From: a virus | Taxonomy: Duplodnaviria; Caudoviricetes | Virus record (IMG/VR): IMGVR_UViG_3300020419_001132 | Length of the DNA: 64,000 nucleotides | Strand: one strand, 5' to 3' | Part shown: one piece after another, positions 43,846-53,018 of the stretch | Layout of the letters: each line of letters opens with the position of its first letter | How positions within the stretch are numbered: the first letter of the stretch is position 1 | Program-made: the position numbers and the translations under genes | Notes under the pieces: generated by a model | What the model saw: the letters and a program-made list of their open reading frames with translations, nothing else | What the model was told of the DNA's origin: nothing | The model's database searches: none

Positions 43846-44839
43846 ACAATTCCTTACTAGCTAAGTTTTTAGCTTTACTCTCAACCATAATGTCTGCATG
43901 TTGCCAAAATGACAATGCCCAATCGTTAACGGCTGTATTCCACATATAATCACTATGTGCTCTAAGTTTTTGTTTCTTGTAACCATTCTCTAACAAATGC
44001 TCCATATTAGGCAAATGATCTACTGAATGTGTATCTATGTAATCTTCTCTAGAAACAGAATAGTGTATTACAGGTCTCACGCCACGCCAGCTATCTATTA
44101 TGCGAGAAAATCTATCGTCGGTTGGCTGTATATATTCACCTGTTTTGACCCAGTGATGGTGTATGTCGAGGACCAATGCGAGCTTGTGGCCGAGCTGAAG
44201 GCTAGCTTCGATGCCCCACGAGTTTTCGTCGTTTTCGATCGTAATTGTATTTCTCGCCTCTTGAGATAATCTTGGGTAAGCGTCGATGATACCGGCTGGA
44301 CCTTGGCGACCGGAGATGTGTACGTTGATCTTAAAATCTTGGAATTGCTTGCCGTATCCAAGCCACCTTGCGACATCCACATGATATTCAAACTCCTCTA
44401 TACTTCTATTTACTATATCTGGGTTATCACTAGCAAGGACAGTGAACTGACCAGGGTGCATACTAAGGCGTACATCAAGATTCCTAGCCAACTCGCCGAC
44501 TGGTGCCAAAGACCGTTCACAATATTCACGTACATCAGGTAACCGCCAGAAGTAGCACCAAGTAGGCTCAGTGTAAACAGGTAGTACATCGGAGCCAAGT
44601 CTAACCATTCGTAATTCATTTTGTAATCCTCCTACGTATGTAATAAGATTTTTGTAAGACTCTATGTTGTGGACCATTATATTCCACAGTCGTTCTTCTG
44701 CAACTTCTTTTGTTTGTCTATTCAACCAAGCTACAGTTGTAGAACGTGTGTTCAACGGACGTTGAAGTTCTTCAAGAAGTTTCTTCTTCTGTGTTTGATC
44801 TTGATGCATGTATTTACATGCAAAGCCTATACGTTTCAT
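43817..44839 (-). CDS. uvsE: UV damage endonuclease (UvsE/UVDE family)
   Basis: RIGFAC, RLSMHPGQFTVL, TIENDE, LVLDIHHH and IHYS motifs. Confidence 0.92.
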   Translation of the reverse strand: MKRIGFACKYMHQDQTQKKKLLEELQRPLNTRSTTVAWLNRQTKEVAEERLWNIMVHNIESYKNLITYVGGLQNELRMVRLGSDVLPVYTEPTWCYFWRLPDVREYCERSLAPVGELARNLDVRLSMHPGQFTVLASDNPDIVNRSIEEFEYHVDVARWLGYGKQFQDFKINVHISGRQGPAGIIDAYPRLSQEARNTITIENDENSWGIEASLQLGHKLALVLDIHHHWVKTGEYIQPTDDRFSRIIDSWRGVRPVIHYSVSREDYIDTHSVDHLPNMEHLLENGYKKQKLRAHSDYMWNTAVNDWALSFWQHADIMVESKAKNLASKELYERAIQQNF

Positions 44840-44845
44840 TGTTTA

Positions 44846-44874
44846 AGTATACTATATTTTATGCCATCTGTCAA
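44846..44874 (-). promoter_or_regulatory. sigma70 promoter TTGACA-N17-TATACT
   Basis: -10 ends 6 nt before the uvsE ATG. Confidence 0.75.
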
Positions 44875-45691
44875 CTATAAATGGGTCTTCGCAGTTATGA
44901 GGATTTGGATCTCCGTGAAATGCAACTATACAACATTCTGGTGGAGCATGAGCATCTTGTTCTATTGTTGCAAGTTTTCTATTTCCCCTATGTCCTCCAG
45001 GAGCATATGCCCTGTCATTCCTTACTTCCCACTTCCAGCTTCTAATCCAATCATCGGGCCAGTAAGTTGCTTGTCCTTGTGTTTCATTCCAGAGATAATC
45101 TTGGTCTCCAAAGTTTTGCCCCATAATAGTATGTGAATCTCTTTTAAACTTCACCCACAAGTGATCTAACGATCCTTTTTCAAACCTTATCAAACTGCTA
45201 TTATACTTTTCCCAACCAGGCCTCATAGAACGTGTAAAGTCTCTTAGAACACAATACTGTTTTGGATAAAATGTAAATAGTTTGTCCATGTTATCACAAA
45301 CAACCATATCCAAGTCTACATATAATATAGTACCATCTATTGGTAAATCTTTGCTAAAAATATAAGGCTTATACCACCAACCTGCAACCTTGTCCATTCC
45401 TCTTGGTAAATCTATAATTTTTATTTCTCTATCTAATCCTACTGCATTTTCTGTGATACAGTAGAAGTTAAAAGGTAACGTTAAATTGTTCGTTACCATT
45501 TTGAACATCTTGTTTACATATTCAGGTCCATACTTAGTTCCGTGTTTTAGAACAAGTATGTTATTCTTTTTTAATTCGGGATCGCTCTTAAGAAATTTTC
45601 TTGCAAGTTTCGCAAGTTTATTTTCACGTTTTTGTTTTCTAATTTCACGTATTTCTTGTTTTGTATATAGAGATTTGTCTAACTTCGCCAC
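44852..45691 (-). CDS. Glycosyltransferase-like protein (GT-A fold)
   Basis: KYGPEYVN start, LYVDLD DxD motif, GDQDYL, VAFHGDPNP; GTG start with AAGGA SD. Confidence 0.75.
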   Translation of the reverse strand: MAKLDKSLYTKQEIREIRKQKRENKLAKLARKFLKSDPELKKNNILVLKHGTKYGPEYVNKMFKMVTNNLTLPFNFYCITENAVGLDREIKIIDLPRGMDKVAGWWYKPYIFSKDLPIDGTILYVDLDMVVCDNMDKLFTFYPKQYCVLRDFTRSMRPGWEKYNSSLIRFEKGSLDHLWVKFKRDSHTIMGQNFGDQDYLWNETQGQATYWPDDWIRSWKWEVRNDRAYAPGGHRGNRKLATIEQDAHAPPECCIVAFHGDPNPHNCEDPFIVDRWHKI

Positions 45692-45706
45692 ATGATTAAT
45701 CCTTGG

Positions 45707-46021
45707 TTATTTTACATATCCTGTTGGTTGCTTTTTTAGTTTCCTTACTAGCATTGGTAAGTATACACCTATTGCAACAGTTCCCCAATATAAACCTAAT
45801 AGCACAGAATACAATTTCCAATTTTCAAAATCTAAATAATAACCTAGTGCAATAAAACCAATCCATGTCCAGTCTGTAAATCCATGTATACGTTTTATCT
45901 TTTCCCGGCCAAATCTATCATGCAGTTGTTTTCTTTTTTGTGCAAACCAAGGACTAACATGACGCATTATCACAAAGCCTTCGTTGAAAAACATTATGGT
46001 AAATCCTACCCAAAACATCAT
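45707..46021 (-). CDS. Hypothetical membrane protein
   Basis: Start moved to ATG 46021 (TAATG coupling to queD). Confidence 0.65.
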   Translation of the reverse strand: MMFWVGFTIMFFNEGFVIMRHVSPWFAQKRKQLHDRFGREKIKRIHGFTDWTWIGFIALGYYLDFENWKLYSVLLGLYWGTVAIGVYLPMLVRKLKKQPTGYVK

Positions 46022-46470
46022 TAATTCTCGTATATAGCTGAGTTGGCACCGTGTTCTGCACACTCTACTTTTACACAATAACAACGGTTGTCTGTCGCTT
46101 CACGTATCAGTTTATCTGCAAATCGCCATGCATGTTCTGCAAACTTTTCTGCACCTACTCCATCAAACTCTCTTACTTCACATAAGTCTTTGTCTTGTAG
46201 GTCATAAAAGTCTTGCTTGTGTGGATCATTAATATCGACACACGTTTTATGATCAAATGAATCTTCTAACCAAGCCTTCAAAGGCTTCAAGCCTCCAAAG
46301 TCTACGGCCCAGTTTTTGTTGTCTAGTTCATTACAACCAAACGTAAATTTAAATTGTAAACTGTATCCATGTAATAAATGACAGTGAGAATGATCAGCAT
46401 TAGGTTGTCTAAATACTGCACTTAAACCTATGTTATGTCCATAAGTTTTTGTAGAATAATATTTCGGCAT
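46021..46470 (-). CDS. queD: 6-carboxytetrahydropterin synthase (QueD/PTPS family)
   Basis: HSHCHLLHGY Zn motif, VDFGGLK, FDHK, E active-site positions. Confidence 0.88.
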   Translation of the reverse strand: MPKYYSTKTYGHNIGLSAVFRQPNADHSHCHLLHGYSLQFKFTFGCNELDNKNWAVDFGGLKPLKAWLEDSFDHKTCVDINDPHKQDFYDLQDKDLCEVREFDGVGAEKFAEHAWRFADKLIREATDNRCYCVKVECAEHGANSAIYEN

Positions 46471-46491
46471 AGTAACTCCTTTATTAGTATG

Positions 46492-46520
46492 ATTATATTA
46501 TAAAACGTCTAGATTGTCAA
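46492..46520 (-). promoter_or_regulatory. Perfect sigma70 promoter TTGACA-N17-TATAAT
   Basis: Exact consensus upstream of queD. Confidence 0.85.
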
Positions 46521-47070
46521 GAAAAACATTAGGGTATTTCCAAGAATCTGGCAAAATCCATTGTCTATTTTGATATACAGTAAACTTATTTAAAGGAAAG
46601 TACTCAAATACCTTACTAATCTGGTGTATCCAATAGCTTGGATCAACAGCATGTTTATCTGAATTGTCATAATGTGTAGTGCTTTTGTAAACGTTGTTTA
46701 CTGTACCTGTTGTGCTGAAAAGATCAAATCCTATCAATTTTACTTTTTTTGATAAAGTAGCGGCAAGTAAAACTGCATAAGGTCCACTACCCCATTGGAA
46801 GGGTTCATCCTTTCTTTCTTCTGGTTGGTATGGAACTGTAGGTACAAGCTCTACATTTTTGTGTGCAGAAAACTGTCCTATCCAATCTTTCCTTGTGTAT
46901 ATTGTGTTTGTGAATTTACTTTCTAATGCTTCCTGCACCATACGTCTATCCACACATACCAAATGATCAACTTCGTAATCCCTACGGATAGCATTACAAC
47001 CTATTTTACAAATATCAATTTTGTCTAAGTCAATTTGAAGTCGACTTTCACCATTTCCAATTACAAGCAT
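46498..47070 (-). CDS. DUF115/MptE-like (sialyltransferase-like fold) protein
   Basis: LVIGNGES, GCNA, LVCVD, GSG..A, LIGFDL motifs. Confidence 0.7.
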   Translation of the reverse strand: MLVIGNGESRLQIDLDKIDICKIGCNAIRRDYEVDHLVCVDRRMVQEALESKFTNTIYTRKDWIGQFSAHKNVELVPTVPYQPEERKDEPFQWGSGPYAVLLAATLSKKVKLIGFDLFSTTGTVNNVYKSTTHYDNSDKHAVDPSYWIHQISKVFEYFPLNKFTVYQNRQWILPDSWKYPNVFLDNLDVL

Positions 47071-47074
47071 AGTG

Positions 47075-47082
47075 TATTTAAT
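47075..47082 (-). promoter_or_regulatory. T4-late-like promoter ATTAAATA
   Basis: 4 nt before ATG 47070, no SD; its TAA is the upstream stop. Confidence 0.5.
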
Positions 47083-47407
47083 TCTCAGCTAGTGCTTTTC
47101 TTAATGCTCTATCTAATTCCTCATCCACTTGTTGCATTTCTTGTTCTACAGTACTAACTTTAGGTTTAAGTTTATTTCTAATATCGCTTATATCTTCTTT
47201 TGGCTGTACTTTTGTTACAGGTGCATTACTTACTACATTTTTTATTACTGTTTCTTCGTATCCTACTCTATCCTTTAGCATTTCAAGTCGTGCTTTTATG
47301 TTTAGGCACTTAGTTTCACTATCAGATAGAAACTGAAATTCATTACTTAATGTTTCTAGTCGATCTAGCACTTTTCTTTCCTGGAGGTAGATGTTGTCGC
47401 AGTTCAA
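47078..47407 (-). CDS. Hypothetical coiled-coil protein
   Basis: ORF fills the gap; start uncertain. Confidence 0.5.
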   Translation of the reverse strand: MNCDNIYLQERKVLDRLETLSNEFQFLSDSETKCLNIKARLEMLKDRVGYEETVIKNVVSNAPVTKVQPKEDISDIRNKLKPKVSTVEQEMQQVDEELDRALRKALAEN

Positions 47408-47672
47408 CTCTTACGTCAGATAGTTCATCTGCTATCTCTTCGTACCTTTTTAAGTTTCTATCAAACATCCCCATTAAATGTCTTATAGTATCCATGGCCC
47501 ACCACCACCAACCTATAGCAAAGGTTGATAATATAGTCAACGTAGTACATATCAGTATATTTGCCCATGAATCTAACCCTATTGTTATTATAAGCAATGA
47601 AGCCATAAGATATACCATAGGTACTATTCGAGCAAGCCATTGCCATGTAGTTATTTCTTTATTTTTGTTCAA
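47343..47672 (-). CDS. Two-TM membrane protein with coiled-coil tail
   Basis: Two hydrophobic helices; TTG start at 47672 overlapping the upstream TGA is preferred to the ORF-track start 47768. Confidence 0.6.
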   Translation of the reverse strand: MNKNKEITTWQWLARIVPMVYLMASLLIITIGLDSWANILICTTLTILSTFAIGWWWWAMDTIRHLMGMFDRNLKRYEEIADELSDVRVELRQHLPPGKKSARSTRNIK

Positions 47673-48766
47673 GCCTGGATTAATCCGAAAGATTTCCATT
47701 CGCCGGGAGATCCCGGTCTTGTACATATCCAACCAACGTAACCACTTGGTTTTGGATCGTTGTTCCATATTACATCTCCTTTCACATAGGAGCCTGTTGT
47801 TGGAGAGCCTGGCCCGACTTCAAATTTCTTATTTTGAATTCTTACTGGACCTGCTGTTGTAATATCAACATCATTTGAAAAGTTCTTTACACCAACTCCT
47901 AGCTTACCGTCAATAGTTGTTTTGCTATTTAAGGATATTTCTCCACTGGCACCAATTTCTATTCTGGCCTTGTCATCAGTGATTATTTCTAAACTACTGG
48001 TTGTCCAAGTGCCCACTTTAAACTTTTTATCAATTGTGTCGTCTATTACAAATTCGTGATCTATACTTTTTAAACTAAGCATAGCATTTGGACTATCAGT
48101 CCCTATACCTAGCCTTTGAGAATCGCTATCCCAAAATATAAAGTGATCTATATTAATATTGCCTTCTGTATTTAGATCTTGCACAGTACCTAATTTTTTT
48201 AGACTACTGTTTACTACAGAACTTCCAAGAGTAGTAAGTGTCATTACAGGTATTTTATCTATCCTGTATACCTTTTCTCTGTCTAAATCGATATCCTCAC
48301 TACTCCATAGTCTGTTTGTTTCTTCTTGGAAAACAAATTGTTTAGTGTAATCTTTTCCTGACCACATTAAACCTTTACCGTGTAGTGAATCATTTTCAGC
48401 CTTAAATTCTAATGAAGAAGTTCTTTCATTTCTAACATCAGCTGTTACTTCATCAACCTGCAACTTTGTTGCATGGACTAATCCGTGTACTGTAAGATCT
48501 CCTTGTACTGTTACTGGTTTTGTTAAGATATTAGTATGTATCTTATCAACAGTTATACCGTCATTATGAATAGTTAATTTAGTACTCTTTGCTTCATCTG
48601 TTACACCAACTGATTTGAAGTTGGTAATCATTCCGCCGTTGATCTTATTACCGCTTAATTCACGGTCAAGTATCGCAGGAGTAGGAGCAGGACTACTTGC
48701 TAATTCATCTACTGCACTAGCAAGTGAATCTAAACCGGATTTTATTGTTTTGATATCGATGTTCAT
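47669..48766 (-). CDS. Late beta-rich fibre-like virion protein
   Basis: RLGIGTDSP and GKLGVGV fibre motifs; C-terminal GDVIWN..GYVGWIC..G.WKSFG; late promoter. Confidence 0.7.
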   Translation of the reverse strand: MNIDIKTIKSGLDSLASAVDELASSPAPTPAILDRELSGNKINGGMITNFKSVGVTDEAKSTKLTIHNDGITVDKIHTNILTKPVTVQGDLTVHGLVHATKLQVDEVTADVRNERTSSLEFKAENDSLHGKGLMWSGKDYTKQFVFQEETNRLWSSEDIDLDREKVYRIDKIPVMTLTTLGSSVVNSSLKKLGTVQDLNTEGNINIDHFIFWDSDSQRLGIGTDSPNAMLSLKSIDHEFVIDDTIDKKFKVGTWTTSSLEIITDDKARIEIGASGEISLNSKTTIDGKLGVGVKNFSNDVDITTAGPVRIQNKKFEVGPGSPTTGSYVKGDVIWNNDPKPSGYVGWICTRPGSPGEWKSFGLIQA

Positions 48767-48771
48767 GCAAG

Positions 48772-48779
48772 TATTTATC
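48772..48779 (-). promoter_or_regulatory. T4-late-like promoter GATAAATA
   Basis: 5 nt before ATG 48766, no SD. Confidence 0.6.
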
Positions 48780-50064
48780 AGTTTACCTTGAGTAGTATCG
48801 TATCCGGATTACATCGACCGTTTAGTTTTGTTTCCGTGGTTTTAATTTCATCTAAGAATGTACGAAGTTTTACTTTGCCACAATCCTTAAATTGTCGTAA
48901 TTGTTCTTCAGGCTTACGTAATGTTTTTTGCATACTAGCTTGTTCATCAAATCCTATGATGGTAGTACCTTTTACACTAAGTCCTGTACCGTCACGTTGT
49001 TGTCCTTGGGGATCAATGTTCTTTGCAATATATTTGCCTATTTTTCTATTCTTTTTATTGAATACCCATAATTCGTTAGCTTTAATAATATCTTCCGGTG
49101 TTATACTTGCAACCTTAAACTTTTCATCTGCTTTACAGTATTTTAATTTTTCAACTAATTTACTTGCACTCTTTGGCTTAGACTTTCTAGGTTTACGGTT
49201 TGCTTTTGCACTATCAATGACAAAGTCTAATGCCTGTTCTAAATTCTCAATAGCAGTGATGTATTTTTTAACATCAGCTTTTGATAAATGGGCATATCCT
49301 TCTTTCAGTTGCTCCCAGTCGTCTGCTTCTTTCTCACTCATTTTCTTAAGCTGGCCAGCAGTAGGAATTACTAAAAGGGCTTTAAAGTCGTTAAGCTCTC
49401 CGTCATAAAATGTTTTCAGTTTTCTAGCATGAGCTTGTGAAACATTCATTTTTTGGAAGTGTGTTTTAAAATCGAATCCTTTTGGATCAAAAGATTCCTT
49501 ATCTGTACAAAATCCTTCTAACCATTCTTCTATTGCTTCGGATTGTATATATGCCTGCTCTCTAATTCTTTCTTGAATACTTAGAGGAGGAGCAATCTTT
49601 GCTTTCTTCTGTTCTATTTCTTTTCTATCTTTAAGTACAGTTTTGCCTTCTGCAATACCTAATTCAATTCTTTTTACTATAAATTCTGTCTTGGGTTTTG
49701 TTTCACCCATAGTTCCTGGAAGTGTTAACCAATAGTCTGCTTCGCGTTTATCCCAATCAGGCCAACCGTCAAGCAACATTCTACAACAAATAGCCGCAGT
49801 TCCGCTTATTGTATAGTTAGGAGCGGCCTTAGCAAATTTTATTTGCTCTTTTGTATATTTGTTTTTCTCCATCCATTCAAATACAGCCGGCATAAGGTCT
49901 GGAGTTTTATAGTTGTCGTACCACCATGCATGACATGCGGTGCTTCTTCGATGAAGTTCTTCACCAGTCCAATTTTGTATGTCTTCGTTGCTGGGTGCTA
50001 CTAAACCTTTTATGCCACGTCTTTGTGTGGATCGGGCAACCTTTTTCTTGCGTTTTATAGCCAT
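48778..50064 (-). CDS. Hypothetical basic protein
   Basis: 428-aa ORF with AGGA SD; C-terminal VKGTTIIGFD..KTLRKP domain. Confidence 0.75.
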   Translation of the reverse strand: MAIKRKKKVARSTQRRGIKGLVAPSNEDIQNWTGEELHRRSTACHAWWYDNYKTPDLMPAVFEWMEKNKYTKEQIKFAKAAPNYTISGTAAICCRMLLDGWPDWDKREADYWLTLPGTMGETKPKTEFIVKRIELGIAEGKTVLKDRKEIEQKKAKIAPPLSIQERIREQAYIQSEAIEEWLEGFCTDKESFDPKGFDFKTHFQKMNVSQAHARKLKTFYDGELNDFKALLVIPTAGQLKKMSEKEADDWEQLKEGYAHLSKADVKKYITAIENLEQALDFVIDSAKANRKPRKSKPKSASKLVEKLKYCKADEKFKVASITPEDIIKANELWVFNKKNRKIGKYIAKNIDPQGQQRDGTGLSVKGTTIIGFDEQASMQKTLRKPEEQLRQFKDCGKVKLRTFLDEIKTTETKLNGRCNPDTILLKVN

Positions 50065-50097
50065 TTGTTTTTCCTATAATTTTATTTGTATATATGT

Positions 50098-50292
50098 TTA
50101 TGTATCTCTCTTTATACATTCAATACTATTGAAATTTGACTTCTTTTGCTTACCTTTGATAATCACGTTCGGTGGGTTTGCATCTTCAAACTTTTGTTTT
50201 GCAATACTGCAAGTAAAGTAACTACCCATCTTCATTTCCATTTGCATATCAGGCATGCCCGAAACAGACAATACTAATACTAGCCAATACAA
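50098..50292 (-). CDS. Small hypothetical protein
   Basis: TTG start with AAGGAG SD; hydrophobic N-terminus, two Cys. Confidence 0.6.
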   Translation of the reverse strand: MYWLVLVLSVSGMPDMQMEMKMGSYFTCSIAKQKFEDANPPNVIIKGKQKKSNFNSIECIKRDT

Positions 50293-50326
50293 TTTCTTTC
50301 TCCTTGTTATTGTTTTTGTTGCTGGG

Positions 50327-51667
50327 TTATGCTTTCTCTCCGTTATACTCTCGGAAAGTTTTGAACCTTGGAAATCTTAGACTGTAAGTATCTGAGTCTT
50401 GTGATTTGGTTCGAGCATCTGCTCTAATTTCAATTAACTGACCAACGAGATTATCACGTTCATTCCAGAACTGATCACGTTGAGCGTCAGTGAAGCCACT
50501 GCCACAGTTAAGGTGATAAGTGTATCCATCATCTTCTCCTTCTACAATTACGGCACCTAGTCGGCCTTCATTACGGCCTGTGCCTTCCTCAACCGCAACT
50601 ACTTTTAATGTTACTTCTATAAATGGTTTTGCTTTTAACCAACTATGTGTTCTTTTACATTCATAAGGTGCATTAGGATCCTTTATCATAACACCTTCAT
50701 ATCCACCGTCTACAGCCGCTTTATTAAGCTCTACAAAGCGATCTTGACCTTCTTGGGTATCTAAGTTCACATCTTCCCAGTCTAGTGTTTGAACGTGCTT
50801 TAAGACGTCTTTATTTTGTTCTACCCAAGCCTTGACTGCTTGGCTTCTAAATGCTTGTGTTTTGTCCCATATGCCTTTTTGAAAATCGGATAAAGGACAC
50901 ATATCAAATAAATGCAATACTGCATCATCTGATTGCTTACCATCTTTTCTGTGTACCTGTTTCATCAAGTCTTGAAAATTAGCACTCATTACTTCACCGT
51001 CTAATACCAAGTCATACGGTGCAGGATTTGTTTTAAGTACTTCTTCAATTTCTGCTATAATGTGTCCAAAGTTATGAAACTGTTTACCATTACGACTAAA
51101 CATTTCTACCCTGCTAAATTTACCGTGACTAGTATCTCCTTGTATAACAGTAATAACTCTTACACCATCTAATTTAACTTCTACTTGCTTGTTACCAATC
51201 ATTTTCTTTTCATGATTAGCTGAGTCGTGTGCTAAAGGGCAAGTAAATACTGGAATAGCATATTGTGGGAATTTCTTAGCAATTTTATTTACAGTCTTTT
51301 CACTTACACCGCAACGCAGGTCTTTTATCAGTACACGTCTATAAAATGTATTCCATTGTTCTGTAGTAGCAACTCCCATTGCAAGTTCTATTGCATCACG
51401 TGCGGCATGTCCTGTAAGTTCTCTATCAATAAGTTGATTAGCAAGTGTTTTAAAATTGTCCCATGACAATCCTTGTCCTGTTAAAACATCGCTTCTTTCT
51501 GGTACTTGCTTTACTCCAAAAGTAACAAGTGGATCCAGTGCCATCTTGACACCTTCAAAGAATTCATCTAATCCCTCAGTCATAGCTTGTTCTATAATTG
51601 CCTCTTTTGCAAGTCTAGAATTGTCAGCTTCGAGTTGTAAAATAATTTCTTGTGGTTGTGTTCTCAT
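50327..51667 (-). CDS. ATP-dependent DNA ligase
   Basis: EVKLDGVR (motif I), LDGEV, YEGVMIKD, WLKAKP, RFPRF; start moved to ATG 51667 because a promoter lies at 51704-51732. Confidence 0.93.
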   Translation of the reverse strand: MRTQPQEIILQLEADNSRLAKEAIIEQAMTEGLDEFFEGVKMALDPLVTFGVKQVPERSDVLTGQGLSWDNFKTLANQLIDRELTGHAARDAIELAMGVATTEQWNTFYRRVLIKDLRCGVSEKTVNKIAKKFPQYAIPVFTCPLAHDSANHEKKMIGNKQVEVKLDGVRVITVIQGDTSHGKFSRVEMFSRNGKQFHNFGHIIAEIEEVLKTNPAPYDLVLDGEVMSANFQDLMKQVHRKDGKQSDDAVLHLFDMCPLSDFQKGIWDKTQAFRSQAVKAWVEQNKDVLKHVQTLDWEDVNLDTQEGQDRFVELNKAAVDGGYEGVMIKDPNAPYECKRTHSWLKAKPFIEVTLKVVAVEEGTGRNEGRLGAVIVEGEDDGYTYHLNCGSGFTDAQRDQFWNERDNLVGQLIEIRADARTKSQDSDTYSLRFPRFKTFREYNGEKA

Positions 51668-51703
51668 ATCTTTGCCTTTGTGCCTAAAATTAATTATACA
51701 CTT

Positions 51704-51732
51704 ACTATACACTCTTTAAATAAAGAAGTCAA
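51704..51732 (-). promoter_or_regulatory. sigma70 promoter TTGACT-N17-TATAGT
   Basis: Upstream of ligase; the -35 contains the upstream TGA stop. Confidence 0.7.
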
Positions 51733-52451
51733 GTATTTTGGCAAATATATTGGAAAGCTCTGTCTGCAAAGACTTTATGAGATTGTTCTCCTGGATGTGA
51801 ATTGTCTAAAGCAAAATCTTGCATTGTTTTTGATATATCAACTATTCCACTAACTTTAATTGGTACATAATTTATAGAATCCAAGTCGTGTTTTTTCATA
51901 AAATTTCTTTCGTGATAGCTTTTACCACAAGAAAAATAATATGCTGTAATATTTTTATGTTTTAAAAAAAGGTATACATAGTTTGTTAGAGTTATCCAAT
52001 CAAGATGAATATGTGCTTCTTCTGCAAAAAAACTTACCCAAACTTTATCAAGGGCAGTTGATTTAGGTTTCCTATTAGCAAAAATTTGTTCTATTACCCA
52101 TTCACCATATTTTTCATTTGGATTGTAAGGTGCATTAGTCCCCAAGCCGGATTCGGCTTCAGGCTCATATTTAATAAGACAACTTCTAGGAATAGGGGGA
52201 AACATTACTACAACCATATCGCCCTTTCGATATTTTGTTGTTTGTATCTTATGTACTACTTCTCTCATACTAGCACCAGGATTACTTAGATTTAAACAAA
52301 CTCTGTTTAGATCATTACTTAATAATTGAGGCCAGGCAAACTTAGAAGGTTGCTCTCCTGCACCCATACCTATTGCACAATCTCGTAATCCGTGTCCGTA
52401 TGTATTACTGCATCCAAAGGCTATTAGGCGTCTTTTTTTAGGTTTCTTCAT
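51729..52451 (-). CDS. SGNH/GDSL-like hydrolase
   Basis: AFGCSNTYG, NLSNPGAS and DNSHPG motifs. Confidence 0.75.
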   Translation of the reverse strand: MKKPKKRRLIAFGCSNTYGHGLRDCAIGMGAGEQPSKFAWPQLLSNDLNRVCLNLSNPGASMREVVHKIQTTKYRKGDMVVVMFPPIPRSCLIKYEPEAESGLGTNAPYNPNEKYGEWVIEQIFANRKPKSTALDKVWVSFFAEEAHIHLDWITLTNYVYLFLKHKNITAYYFSCGKSYHERNFMKKHDLDSINYVPIKVSGIVDISKTMQDFALDNSHPGEQSHKVFADRAFQYICQNT

Positions 52452-52456
52452 GTCAA

Positions 52457-52464
52457 TATTTATA
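52457..52464 (-). promoter_or_regulatory. T4-late promoter TATAAATA
   Basis: Exact consensus 5 nt before ATG 52451, no SD. Confidence 0.7.
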
Positions 52465-52505
52465 ACGGGTATGTTCAGTATGCATAGCTATTTGATATAG
52501 CACAG

Positions 52506-52513
52506 TATAAATA
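52506..52513 (+). promoter_or_regulatory. T4-late promoter TATAAATA
   Basis: Exact consensus heading the plus-strand small-protein operon. Confidence 0.7.
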
Positions 52514-52518
52514 CAGAT

Positions 52519-52624
52519 GAGCTAGTTCAGCTCAGGCACCTGGGAAAGACCAAGTGACGTCGGAAATAGACCGAGGTATTGCTCCCCTTAAGCATCCAAA
52601 ACTTAATAGAAACAGGAGAACACT
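52519..52624 (+). ncRNA. Candidate structured 5' leader (four hairpins)
   Basis: Stems GAGCT/AGCTC, CACCTGG/CCAAGTG, TCGG/CCGA and TGCT/AGCA; begins at the predicted +1. Confidence 0.45.
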
Positions 52625-52828
52625 ATGGAAAATGTGTATAAAGTCCTACGATTTTTGTTTGGATCAATTGATAACTCATCCAAACACGAAAGCTATCGTA
52701 TATGGGCTAAGACAGAGTATGGTAATGATTGGCGTTTTGTTTATCAACACCTACTCGAACATAACGGCCAGCCGCCGAAAAAGCAAGACTATCAAAATGT
52801 AAATGAAAACTTAAAAGGATGGGTATAA
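52625..52828 (+). CDS. Small hypothetical protein
   Basis: AGGAG SD; WAKTEYGNDW motif. Confidence 0.7.
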   Translation: MENVYKVLRFLFGSIDNSSKHESYRIWAKTEYGNDWRFVYQHLLEHNGQPPKKQDYQNVNENLKGWV

Positions 52829-52832
52829 AATT

Positions 52833-53018
52833 ATGACTACACAAATATTAACAACCTACTATTGTAGAATATGCGATAGTATTTCAAACGGACTTAAAAC
52901 TATCGGAAATGGCTGTATAAGTTTTTTCGAAACTGCAGGGACTGCAAGAGCGGCCGCTGAACTTACTCGTATGGGTATGCACAAAGAAGCTAAATCACTT
53001 ATGACAGGAAAAAAATGA
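52833..53018 (+). CDS. Small hypothetical protein (weakly DUF1127-like)
   Basis: AAGGA SD; ARAAAELTRMG. Confidence 0.65.
   Translation: MTTQILTTYYCRICDSISNGLKTIGNGCISFFETAGTARAAAELTRMGMHKEAKSLMTGKK

Noticed and set aside
47300-47407. Programmed frameshift linking the TAATG start at 47343 to the 109-aa frame
   Set aside because: The ATG frame closes after 13 codons and there is no X XXY YYZ slippery site; the start remains unresolved
47673-47768. Strong AAGGAG SD and 100-nt overlap start for the 141-aa ORF
   Set aside because: The SD-like sequence is explained by K-G-D codons of the upstream fibre gene; a TTG overlapping the stop is more parsimonious
50400-50600. Second GC-elevated patch at the ligase 3' end
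   Set aside because: It is short (about 120 nt by hand count) and explainable by Gly/Arg/Ala-rich conserved motifs
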